The position numbers and the translations under genes are program-made. This document shows positions 22,201 to 34,200 of a DNA stretch of 64,000 bases, piece after piece. Below the pieces are notes generated by a model, which made no database searches, was not told the origin of the DNA, and saw only the letters and a list, made by a program, of their open reading frames with translations. The stretch comes from Laetmonice hystrix. Lineage: Eukaryota. How positions within the stretch are numbered: position 1 is the first letter of the stretch; each line of letters starts with the position of its first letter. The stretch spans positions 37,760,001 through 37,824,000 of the forward strand of contig OZ249436.1 in the NCBI GenBank assembly GCA_965235115.1, in the 5' to 3' direction.

Positions 22201-25200
22201 ACATCAGACCACAGACTCTAGACAAGTATGTGGAAGTCACTGTTGGGTCACTGATTGATATAAACATGTGCCACTTCAATCAGTGAAGAATAGCAGGAGG
22301 GTTCAATGAGCTGACATCCAGGCAGAGCGTGTTAGGCTGAGGTGACTTGTAAGCACAAGCCAGTGGTGTCTCTCTGTTTGTTGATATGATCTCAAACATT
22401 TCACTGTCACACGATCAAGACACCGTACTAATGTGACTGACCTCCACCATGAAACTGTTCGGTACCCGGTGTCTTTAAGACTGAAACCTAATTTGGATAA
22501 GCTACCAAAATGTATAATTAGTCGGAATTTTAATTTGTCTCTTAATTGGCAGGAGACTGGTTGAGAAATAATTTGTGTTGTAATCGGAGAAGATTTGGAA
22601 TCATTTTGTAGAGCAGTTAAAAGATCATTTCAAACTAATACAAGGCTGGTTAATCATAGTTAATGACATCAGCAAGTTGGCAAGACCGAGGGTTAGCGCT
22701 AATATAGATTAAGTGAAGAACGGTGGATAAAATGGCTGAGATATTTAAAATGGCTTAATTACCTGGTTGACGCAGAATGTGGTGATGATGTCATGGTCTT
22801 TGTGAAGTATTTTCATTGGTTCCTGTTGAGTGCCACCAGAACCATCAGTCCCATCAGAGCGGTACGCGTCAAGCTGGCAACAAGAAACCAACCTGTTAGC
22901 GTATGGTTTAGCATTGGCTATCGACCATGATAAAAGAACAGCACCGTGACCGAGAATAAATCTACTAGAATTTTACTCTTCATCAAATTCCCCAACTATC
23001 CCAGAACTGTGAGAACCACATATATGGTTAGGCTAATATAAAACAACTATCAGTATATGTACTATATCTTTGCGTACCAAATGTCAAAAAACACCACTGG
23101 TATGATTAAATCAGTCAGTGCCATTTTTAGGTCACCCTTTAGTCACTGATTATATCCTGCCTGACTTGTGTTACCTGAGCTTGAGGCCTTCTCTTCTTGA
23201 ATATGTAGCGGATAAATACGTCTTGAAGGTCTTCCCGACATACCAAGTAGTTCCACAGCCGCTTCGCCGGCAGAGCTGTGTAATGATTTGACCTGAAACA
23301 AACAAATCTTGTTTAGTGTTTGGGTCACATATGAAGCAAATGTTTTTTCTCTTTCTCTCTACTTTCAGTGTTTCTACCAATATTACAAAAAAGAAGAATT
23401 CATAAGTTATAATATAATTTTCTTCAGCCCAATCCAATACAGATTGGCACATCAATATCAGTAATATACATTATCATCAGACTGGAAATAAGCCAGTGTA
23501 AAACCTCCCGAGATGATTAGGTGTGAAGACTTACAGAAAGGGTGTGTTTGTCGCTTCTTTCATGGTTTTGTACCTCAGGTGGGCCGGACCAGTGGCGAAG
23601 GTGTCCACATAGCAACCAGGGATGTAATCATCTGGTGGGCCGTTAAACAACTCCAGCTTGCTGTGCAGGAGTTCCTCCCACTTCTCCAAGGTCCGTAGTA
23701 CAGCCGCCAGGAGTGGAGAGCATACTGGTAACTCTGCAAAAGGTAATGCATAAACCCATGGAGCTAGCCTTTACATCTTTACATAAACGTAAAACAGCAC
23801 TATGAACAGCAAATAATACTACTCAACTATCTCAAAAATCCATGGATCCATGGTGCTTCAACTTTAACGAAATTAGAATGTTGGCTAATGTTCCCTGAAC
23901 AAGATTTAGGAAACTTCTTGTTATCATTTAGAACAACTGATGTTTATATTTGATGAGTTCCTCCAGAAAAAAAAGACATGATTGATCTGTCAGCATTACC
24001 TACCAGGTAATTCGATACCTATTTGTGGTAGGAATGTAACTAAAGAAGCTCGAATGTACTTCACAATGGCATATCGCATCAAGCACCAACTATATGAAGT
24101 CGGGTCCACGTGTTCATTCATGGCTGCTTCATTCCTAGAGAACAATCAATGGTAAACAGCTGCTTTAAACCTGCACCAAAAGCTAATACTGATAAATATG
24201 TCACTGTATCAGACATGGAAATCACTATGGTGAATCAACAATGTTGAATAAACCAAATAAAATCTGTACACTTTGTGCAATATAATTATATTATAATCAC
24301 TGGCAATCCTTATCTTTATTATTTCATCATATTTCAAAACATATCATCAACTCACTCTGTTTAAGTTATGAAGATTTTATAGTTATACTTCAAGTAATTT
24401 AGGGATGCTACTTACCTGCGAGCTCCAATGAGCTCATCCTCTTCCTCCTCATCCTCTGAGCTTGGTGCCGACTCAGCCGAGTCAAAGTCTACGCCAAATT
24501 CTGAGGGGTCGATAAATGGCTGTGGAAAACATAACATACAGATAGTTTATCCCAATCAAGTCACACAAAGTACCAGGATGATGACAGTTTCTCTTACTGA
24601 CACCTCAACAATCTGCCAGGAACCGCAGGAATCATGGGTTGATGGTTGAAAGAACTCAGCACACGACCATCCGAGGTACAGGTCACCATCTTACGCCCTT
24701 TTTCCATTATTCTCTCTACACTAGGTGGCGCCACAGTTAAACCTATAGGTGGCGCTACTATAAACACGACAGAGAGATACCAACATGTCTGAGCTCACCT
24801 TGGTCATAAAGTAGGAGATCATGGAAACCTCGGGTGGCACAAACTTCTCCTTGTAGGTGGGCTTGTCCTCCTTGATCCGGGGTGCCTGACTGGTCTGTCC
24901 CAGAACCTTCATGTGGAGCTTCATCCGCTGCTTTGACATCTCATCCTTGGCCTTCATTGAGCCTGCAACAATCACACACAATCTAGCTGTCTGTCCCAAG
25001 GTCTCATTCCGGGCCTTCATTGAGCCTGCAACAATCACACACAATCTAGCTGTCTGTCCCAAGGTCTCATTCCGGGCCTTCATTGAGCCTGCAACAATCA
25101 CACACAATCTAGCTGTCTGTCCCAAGGTCTCATTCCGGGCCTTCATTGAGCCTGCAACAATCACACACAATCTAGCTGTCTGTCCCAAGGTCTCATTCCG

Positions 25201-28200
25201 GGCCTTCATTGAGCCTGCAACAATCACACACAATCTAGCTGTCTGTCCCAAGGTCTCATTCCGGGCCTTCATTGAGCCTGCAACAATCACACACAATCTA
25301 GCTATCTGTCCCAAGGTCTCATCCTTGGCCTTCATTGAGACTCCAACAATCACACACAATCTAGCTGTCTGTCCCAAGGTCTCATCCTTGGCCTTCATTG
25401 AGCCTCCAACAATCACACACAATCTAGCTGTCTGTCCCAAGGTCTCATCCTTGGCCTTCATTGAGACTCCAACAATCACACACAATCTAGCTGTCTGTCC
25501 CAAGGTCTCATTCCTGGCCTTCATTGAGCCTGCAACAATCACACACAATCTAGCTCTCTGTCCCAAGGTCTCATCCTTGGCCTTCATTGAGCCTCCAACA
25601 ATCACGCACAATCTAGCTACCTGTCCCAAGGTCTCATCCTTGGCCTTCATTGAGCCTCCAACAATCACGCACAATCTAGCTACCTGTCCCAAGGTCTCAT
25701 CCTTGGCCTTCATTGAGCCTCCAACAATCACGCACAATCTAGCTGCCTGTCCGAAGGTCAACGCTGCTTATTCAGCAGCGTTGACCTTCGGACAGGCTTA
25801 AAGCAGTACGGGGTGCTTATTAAAGAAACTCAAAAAAAAAGTGCTTCCCTTGACACCGGAAAGACCCATAGTTCGGATTTTCATGATATGTAAACATTTA
25901 AGAGGACCACACGTCAGACTAGGCTCTCACTTTTATTCAGTTTTCAGTGCAAGCTGGGTTTAACTGACTTTGAGCAGAGACTGGTGTTTAACCTGGCCTA
26001 GTGCCCTGAGTCACCTGGATCAGGATTCAACAGTGTGGGTCTTGATTGACGTACAATACTCACGCGCTTGTGAATCTGCAGCTGTAGTCACTTTGACGAG
26101 CTTCTTCACACCTCCGCCAAAGAGGGCAGGGAACATGCGCTCGACGAATGGATGGGAAGCCAGGCGGTAGAGGGTGTTCGCATCATACATGGCAAGGGCG
26201 TAAATAACCAGACACATGTAAACGGCTATGAGTGACTCGGCCAGGAGGATGGTCAGTTTCGGTGAGTCTTCATCTTTCTCTCTGGCCAATAATGCCCGTA
26301 GAGACGAGACACCTACAATAAAATTTATATAATCCCTTTCTCTCAGAGACTAAAATAGCTGGTGAAACTGTTGACAGCGTTTTCTGAACGGGATATCTTC
26401 CTTCAAAGTGCATAATTTACAACTGTGAGAATCTACTTCCAGTATTATAGTCACATGTATCATTTGCCAGCAACCTGTCATGGCTGAACATACCTGGCCA
26501 TTTTCCCGGAAGTGAGTTGGGCATGTCATCAGCATCTGTTGAACTCATCCGGTTCCTCCTCTGAGCACCTGCCATCAGGTAACTGTCCTTGTACACCACA
26601 CTTGTCCTGTCAGAGAGAGATGTTACATAAGTCACTATCATTGTATACTTGATTAGTCTTAGAAAATCTAGATTAAAAATATTGCTCTATCTAGCATGAC
26701 ATAAATGATCTGAGATTCAGCCTTGGCAGAAAAAAAGTACGGAAATACATTTGTCTTAAAATTAATTCCTCATTTTGAAAGATGTCTTTCTAAGTCCTTA
26801 TTCCACTAAAAATGAAGACTTCAAACTATGTAGACAACAGATCAGTTTAAAGCAGTATAGAATGTGAAGATACTTACGCTTCAACCATTCTGGTAAAGCC
26901 TTCCATGCCAACATCGATGTTGTCAGACATGGCAACGACAAAGTTGTCGCTGTCACACAGACACTGGTAGATACAGGCGGAGAGGGCAGCACTCAGGTTA
27001 CGCAGTACAAACACCTGGTTCAACATGTGGTTGGGCATTGGTGGTGTTGAAAATTCTACCACTGTATGCAAGATATCCTGAAACAAAATCCAATACTCTA
27101 TGAAAATTCTACCACTGTATGCAAGATACCCTGAGTCCAGCATTACACAGCTGTGTCATCACACTTCCTTCAAGAAAAGCTAACTGCAGACATAGAGAAT
27201 ATTTACTCTGGTGGAACTTTAAGACAGCTATATCTGGCTTAAATCCACTACAATCTATGGCTACATATTTTCCCAGACATCAGTAATTTTCAGATTTGCA
27301 ATTTTTAAAATTAAAAGTCTGTCTTCCTGTAAATGACACGTCACTAGGCGGACTCATGTCAAGGACTTGGCTCCAGGTGTGCGTTTTGTACCTGTGTTAC
27401 GCTCTGGAGGTGGCGGATGGGGTCGGCAATGACCGTCTTGGAGCTGGCGACGCTGGCTGACAGCAGGGGTAGGGTGGTCGGGAAGGGGAGTGGAGAAAGA
27501 AGCTGTTGCTGGGTCTTCTCCTGCTGAAGCTCTTGAAGTAACAGGATCAACTCCATGCGCACCGAGGCCAGACCGCCACCGCATGCACCGTGTAACACAC
27601 TGAAACAATACCAACAGCCTTACATGCCTGTCCTCTGCAGAATGTTGCATTGCTTTAGTGTTTCAATTAAATGTAAGCCTCGTACTCTAAATAGTATAGA
27701 TTTATTGCACATTTCTTACCTGTAGGACAGCAGTGACCGGAGCAGCTGTTGGTGTGCTCTCAACCACATTTTACGTTTAGCAAGCCGCTCCTGCTTGGCT
27801 TCAAAGTCCAGTCTCTCTGCCACAATCACCTCGTGAAGTGTGGGCTTGTTGGTTGACTCGTGTCGACTTACAGTCGGGGTCTTGTCAAAATCTTCCAGTG
27901 TCTCATCACCTGGACAATTGAGACCATCCGGGTTAACTGAGGTTCTTTTAAAACCAGGTTTCATATTTTTGCTAACAGTACAGTGAACACACCGATGGTA
28001 TACCCCAACTTTAAATTCCTATGTAAATTAAAGCTAAATTTTCTCTTTTTTGGCATGGCGCCCAAAGAAAGAAAAAGATTTGGAGAATACATCAACTTAG
28101 CTGGTATCAATTTCAATGAGAACTTTTAGTGAACAAAACAATAACCTTTATTTCATGGCCTATGTTTTGTGATTGTACTTGTAGGAAATAATTACCTTCA

Positions 28201-31200
28201 TTGAGTGGCCCAGGCTCCGTAATTGCAAGGCCGTACTTGCAGATTCCCTTGAGTACTTCCACCTCCCGCTCCAGCCATATGTAAAGTTGGAAGCGTAGTT
28301 GACCTCCATCGACCTCAAAGCCAGTGGCGAGCGTGGCCAACTCCTCCATCATAATTTTGAGGCAGGCGATAAACTTGAGTTGTTGAGCCATGATGTCTCC
28401 GGATCCCAGGTCCCCAGGACAAGTTGGGTCACCAGTTTCTGCGTTTCCTCCTCCCTCCATACTCACACTCTTTAGTAACTTATCCTTACTCTCGATCTCA
28501 CTATCCGATTTGGTGTCGTGGTCGTCTGTATCTAACGTCAGGTCAAGTTCTTCCTCCTCGAACTTGGTGACAGGCTGGCCCCAGTCTAACTCAGAGACCT
28601 TCTGGTTTGTGCTAACAACAGGCGTCGACCAGTCAAAGGCATCAGCAGTCTGTTTAGTTGTTGGTTGGCCCCAGTCAAAGCTGGACGCTGTTTCAGGTTG
28701 GCTTGAGACGGGTTTGGTCGAGTCTTGTGTTTTACCACCAGATGTCACTTCATCAGCCAGGGTTCCTGTCGTGATCATGGACGTTGTACAGAAACTATCA
28801 CCGCTCCGACTTTTTGTGATGTCATTCTCCATATCAATGTTCTCTGGGAGCTTGGACAGAACCTCCAGAGCCAACATGGGACAGCCGTTCTTGAAATGCA
28901 TGTGAGCAGTTGTGAAATACAACCGCCGTTCGATTGGTGTAATGCGGTCAACGTAGGTGACGTTTCTATCTCCTATAGCGACCTGGGCCCCATGACTGAA
29001 ACCCGACAGGAGCACGGTTTGACTTTTGTCAGCGGCTGTTGTTGCCAGGTGCTGTCGGACAAGCAGGGGGTGTGTGCGTAGGTAGTTGTAAAAGTTGAAC
29101 ACACTTGGATTGGACGAGTAGGTGTCCACGTCGTCCCCAGCCTCAGTGCGCCTTGACGACCCAATGTTGGTCTCCAGCAGCGTGCCTAGTGCGGCGCCAT
29201 AATCCTTGATCAACCAATATGCCATCGATCGTACGAAGGGGTCAGGGTGAGCATTGGTCGGATCGTAACACTCACCGGATGAGTCACATCCCAGACATTC
29301 CTCCATGAGTAATCTCCGTAAGTTAGCAGGCATCGTGTCATCAAGCTCAGACTCATACAGACGAGCTATCACCATGGCAAGCTGCAGGTCTTCTATCTTA
29401 TTTAGGCACACCTACAGAGAGACAGTACACATCCATGGTTTGATAACACCAGATTATAACACAGTCCACAGAGATACCATTACTCTGGAGTTAACAGCAA
29501 GCTACCTCACAACTTGATAAATATATGAGAAAATTTAGACTTATTCTTTACACTGATTATATGAGGCTGCCTCATATCATTCACAAAGAATTATAAAGTA
29601 GAATACCCAGTATGTCATATAAAAGAAATGTTGAACTTTTAAAATTGGTGATCGCATCTTCGCAATCACTGTTGACTAGCTGTGAATCACATGTATGCAT
29701 CGTACACCTTCAATTACTTAAAGACTGAAATGTAAAGAATCAGATTTTGATGACTTCCTATAGAAATATGAAATGGGTGGTCACCTCGATAGCATCACGA
29801 ACGGCTCCAGCCAGGAGAAAGAAGGCAGCTGCATGCTCAAATCGCTGGCGACCAAGAAGTGCAAATGCATTTTTTAGGGCAGCACGACGCCACCTGTCCT
29901 CGTTGAAGTTGTTCTTGAAAAATCCGACCATTTTGGCATCGTTCACTGACCTAAAAAAACAGTAAGAGCAACTTAGAGCATTTCCTAGATAAATAACTAT
30001 CTCAACATGCCTCCCTTAGCATTAATTTACACCATCTTATCACAAAGACGCCATAAACTGTTAATACCTCTGAACTGCACACACCCTTCCTTGACCTTTC
30101 TTTACAGGTGGTCTTCTAAAGACGCATTGTTACCTGAAGAGTCCCCATAGAAGTGTCTTCTTCTTCATGGCCAGGTAGAAGAGCGCTGCGTCCAATGGGT
30201 CCTTCTTGGCAGTGAATGCTGATTTAGCGACCTTTTCCAGGCACCTGCGGAGTGTGTTAATGTTACGCACCCACCAGCCGACCCCAAACTGACGTAGCTC
30301 TGCCCATGTCGGCTGGCCCTTCTGTATGACTGGGATGACGCTCAGCAGCTCCTACACAACAGCAGTAAATAGGGGATGAGCTTTGGGGATCTTTGTCTTA
30401 ACCTGTGTGAATTCCTGGGTGGGGGCATACTACAGAATTGTCATGGCCTCTTATTCTATTTGATGTAAACCGCACAGAAAACTTTTCTGCTATGGTAATT
30501 GATAACTACCTTCATTGACCGGTACAGATAGAAAGGTGCAATATTACATTATACTTTACTTCCTAAGTTTATGCCATTAAACCACTCTAGTTCCTAATTC
30601 ATGTCCTTACAATTAAAAAAACATGATTTTCGTGCGACACCAAGAAGAGCTGTGTTACTAGCCAAAGCTAGAATCAATGCAATCAGAATGATATATATGC
30701 ATATGAGCAATCCTCAGCTCCTTTTCCTGCCTCAACAAAGGGTCAAGCCAGTGGAAACACCCACCTCCTCAGCCTCTGAGTGGAAAGCCCACACGAGCAT
30801 GGCAGGACTGAGCCCTGACAGTTGGAGCTGACGACGTTGCCTTAAAGCCAGGGTGTTCAGCAGGTAGACGTGATGTCGAGCAGCAAGTGTATAACGTAGG
30901 CCACAGTCGTCCACCCCCTCTGTGGACATCTGGTCCATACCTCCCTGTTCACGGTCTACAACTGACCACAATACCACATTATAGTGAACAAATTCAATAT
31001 CTGTCATTGAAATCACTGACTTGACATTTTCACTCTTAGCCATGCCAAGCTCCCCATGATCACAGGCTTATTACTCCCACCACTCGCTACATTCGGTGTA
31101 TTTAAAATATCAGTTACACGCCTATGATATTAAAAGTTACAATAGTAAACAGGCATGGGTCTGTCTCAGTGTTTTGGATCCCCTTCATACTGTCAGACAC

Positions 31201-34200
31201 AAGGTCACAATTTACAGATGGGCACCAAGACTCGGACATACCTTTCCTTACTGCCAGGTCAGCAGCCTGATTGTCAGTAAAGTTTTCGGTGGTATTGGCG
31301 ACCGTGTCGGCAAGGGCAAGTAGGTACATCTGGTCAAGGCTGGACAAGCCTGGCAGCTGGATGTGGGTTAGATGGCGGGCCAGCAGCCGCGACTGACCCG
31401 GCCCAAAGTAGTTGGGGTTGACACTATACTGCGATGAGGACCTACGACGTTCACGCGATGTGGGACTACCACTGAACACTTCGTCATCGTTGAAGGGATC
31501 CTCAAGTTCTTCATCGTCCATGTTGCCAGTGTTGAAGAGACTGTTGTAGTCTTGCTCTGCAGTGTCAAGTTTCTTGCTGTCACTAGGAGTGTAGGCAGAC
31601 ATGGTGTCATGGTCTGCAGCCAGCAGGGCATACAGCGGTAACGGAGGGATCGAGGATATCTCTATGTAATCCAGCTGAATGTCCTCTGGGATTGTTGTCG
31701 CTTCGGGATTTGGACTCGATGGAGCTGCGACTGAGAGCGCCCTCTGGTGTGAGAACATACGTTGGCGACCACCCTGGGAGTCATCATTGAAGGGTGTGGA
31801 CTGGATTTCATTGCCGGCTATACAGCGCATGAGATGGGCCAGGATAGCCTTGACTCGTCGGATCTTGCCAAAGTTGAGCAGCTCGATGAGCTGTTTGGGG
31901 TGGTACTGAGGCAGCACTGGGTTGGCGAGCCTGGCAGCCTCAAACAGACCACAGTCCTGGATAAGGTGAATACTTGTCATCGACTCGCTCTTGGTCAGGT
32001 CTAGTTTCCCTGTGGTGGAGACACGAGAGTCTTTACGCTTAGTGTGAGAGTTCTCCGTCAGCATGGCGATGTTTGAGAAGGAGCCGGTCAGCTTGATGTT
32101 CGACGAGGACCGCGAACACTTGAAGGACTTGGGAAGGTTGAGAGCTGACCCTGAGGAGACGGTGTGCAATGACTGCTCAGTCAATGCTCTCGTGTCCAGC
32201 GTAGAGGTGGACCCTGTGAACTGGTCAAGGATTGTGTCCATGCCTTCCCCTGGACCCCGCCACTGGGAGTACACATGCATCTCATTGTCCATCCCCACCA
32301 CCAGGATTCCGTCGCGTACCCATGATATGTGCATGGGTAGCGGCAGTAACCCATCGGCAGTGCTCAGGTCGATGCTGCGTAACTTCATCCACCGAATCTC
32401 CTCCACAAAGTTCTGTACAGTCATTGACTTGGACTTCTGTAGGATGCGCCGGGAGGGGTGTGGCTTGGTTGCTTTACGGTCCTTCTGTGTGGCGAGAGCT
32501 ATGTCTGAGGAGACGGCAGCATACAGGAGGACCTTGGGCCCGACGCCTACAGTAAGGATGTGGGAACCATCCTCAGTAGACACCCAGTCAAGCTGGACTA
32601 GGTGTTTCTGTTTGAGGACGTGGAAGCTCTGGTTCTGGACCGCCCGGTTACGTTTGACGCTCTGGATGGTGGAGGGGCTGGGGATGGGCGTCGTCTTGGT
32701 GATGGCTGGGGTTGACATGGTCGGTGACACCAGGATGGTTCCACCTCCACCACCACTCTGACCTCCCCCAGCACCACTCTGAGCCACATCTGGGTCATGG
32801 CTGGCAGCATCATTGTTGTAGATGTAGCTGAGATCAATTTCTGTCTTTGTGTCTGGTAAACTGATGTTTTTCAATTCAATCGTGTCTTCTAGTGTCCACT
32901 CGGAGCCACCTGGTGGGAAAAGACATATTTATAAGCACTGGCTCAACTTAGACATATTCACATATTTTTTATGAATATTTTTAAAAGTGTTCAAGTTGGT
33001 ACCAAAATAACTTTCACTTCCCCATGGTCTGAGATTGAGTGACACTATTTAAACAAACATCTGATCACATTTAAATTTTTGTTTCTCACTAAAGTAATAT
33101 CGTCCAATCCAACAGATCAGATAAACATTACTGAATTATCTTATCAAAAACTGATGAAGAGTGGAACAATTACATAAAATGACCTGACAGTACTCACCGG
33201 TGGACTCACACTCATAGATTGACACACAGAGGTTGACAAACTTGTTGTTCGGGTTGTTCTGCCCTGAGCGGATTCCACCACTGCGGTATGCTATAGCCAC
33301 ACGTCCACTGTATGCACAACTCACGGTGATCAACTTCCCTGGAAATGAACACCAACACAACCTCATCACACCTTCTCTATATCACCCTGGATATTCCTGA
33401 CTGACTCAGTCAATACGGCTTCTTATTGCTTTGCTACTGAATTAACAGTAGTAGTACCAGTCTAGATTCTATGAAAATGATATGCAAAATCATAGAGGTT
33501 AAATAAACGGAATAGGGCCTTATTTAGAAATTTCGCATTTAGAAAAACGTAAAACAAATATGGAAAGAAGATCAAATACATTTCGATATCAATTATTAAG
33601 TAAGTAATAAAAACAGCCTTTTAAACTGTTGTTATAAAATTTTATACGACATGAAATTTTACAAAATGCCGACGGCTGAAAAAGAGAAGTCAAGTCTGGC
33701 AACACAAGGTAAGAAATAAGCCATGTTGACATTCACCCAACTCATGCTGACAAACTCTCCTGGTTTTATATTTTACTGAGGACAAAACATCTTTTTTACC
33801 CAACTCCATCTCACCATTACGACTCAAACATTTACACACATCTGAAAAACATGACTGACTCATAAGAAGATTCTGAGCAGGCAAAGAAAAGATGATTATG
33901 GTAATCTAATGCGCAGGCTTAAACGGATGAGTTTTACAGAAAATAATGAGAAGAGCAAAGACCTTCAAAATGCTGCATTCATCTGATGAATCCAGAGACG
34001 AGAACCCGGATAGGTCAGAGACAAACAAGTGAGGTACAGAGACAAAGGACATGAAGGAATGTTGTGTGACACTAGTAAACTATGAATGATATCAAATGAA
34101 CGGAACATCCAAGGCAAGTACAGTCTTTGCTTAAAGATGCCTCCTGTGTTTCTTAATATACCCACACTTTTGACTTTACAAAAACAATGTAAAATGATAC

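Noticed and set aside
24911..25801. 296-aa plus-strand ORF
   Set aside because: Antisense reading of the 63-bp array; no independent evidence for a gene.
28390..32761. Plus-strand ORFs of 100-232 aa
   Set aside because: Antisense shadows of the two large DMXL exons.
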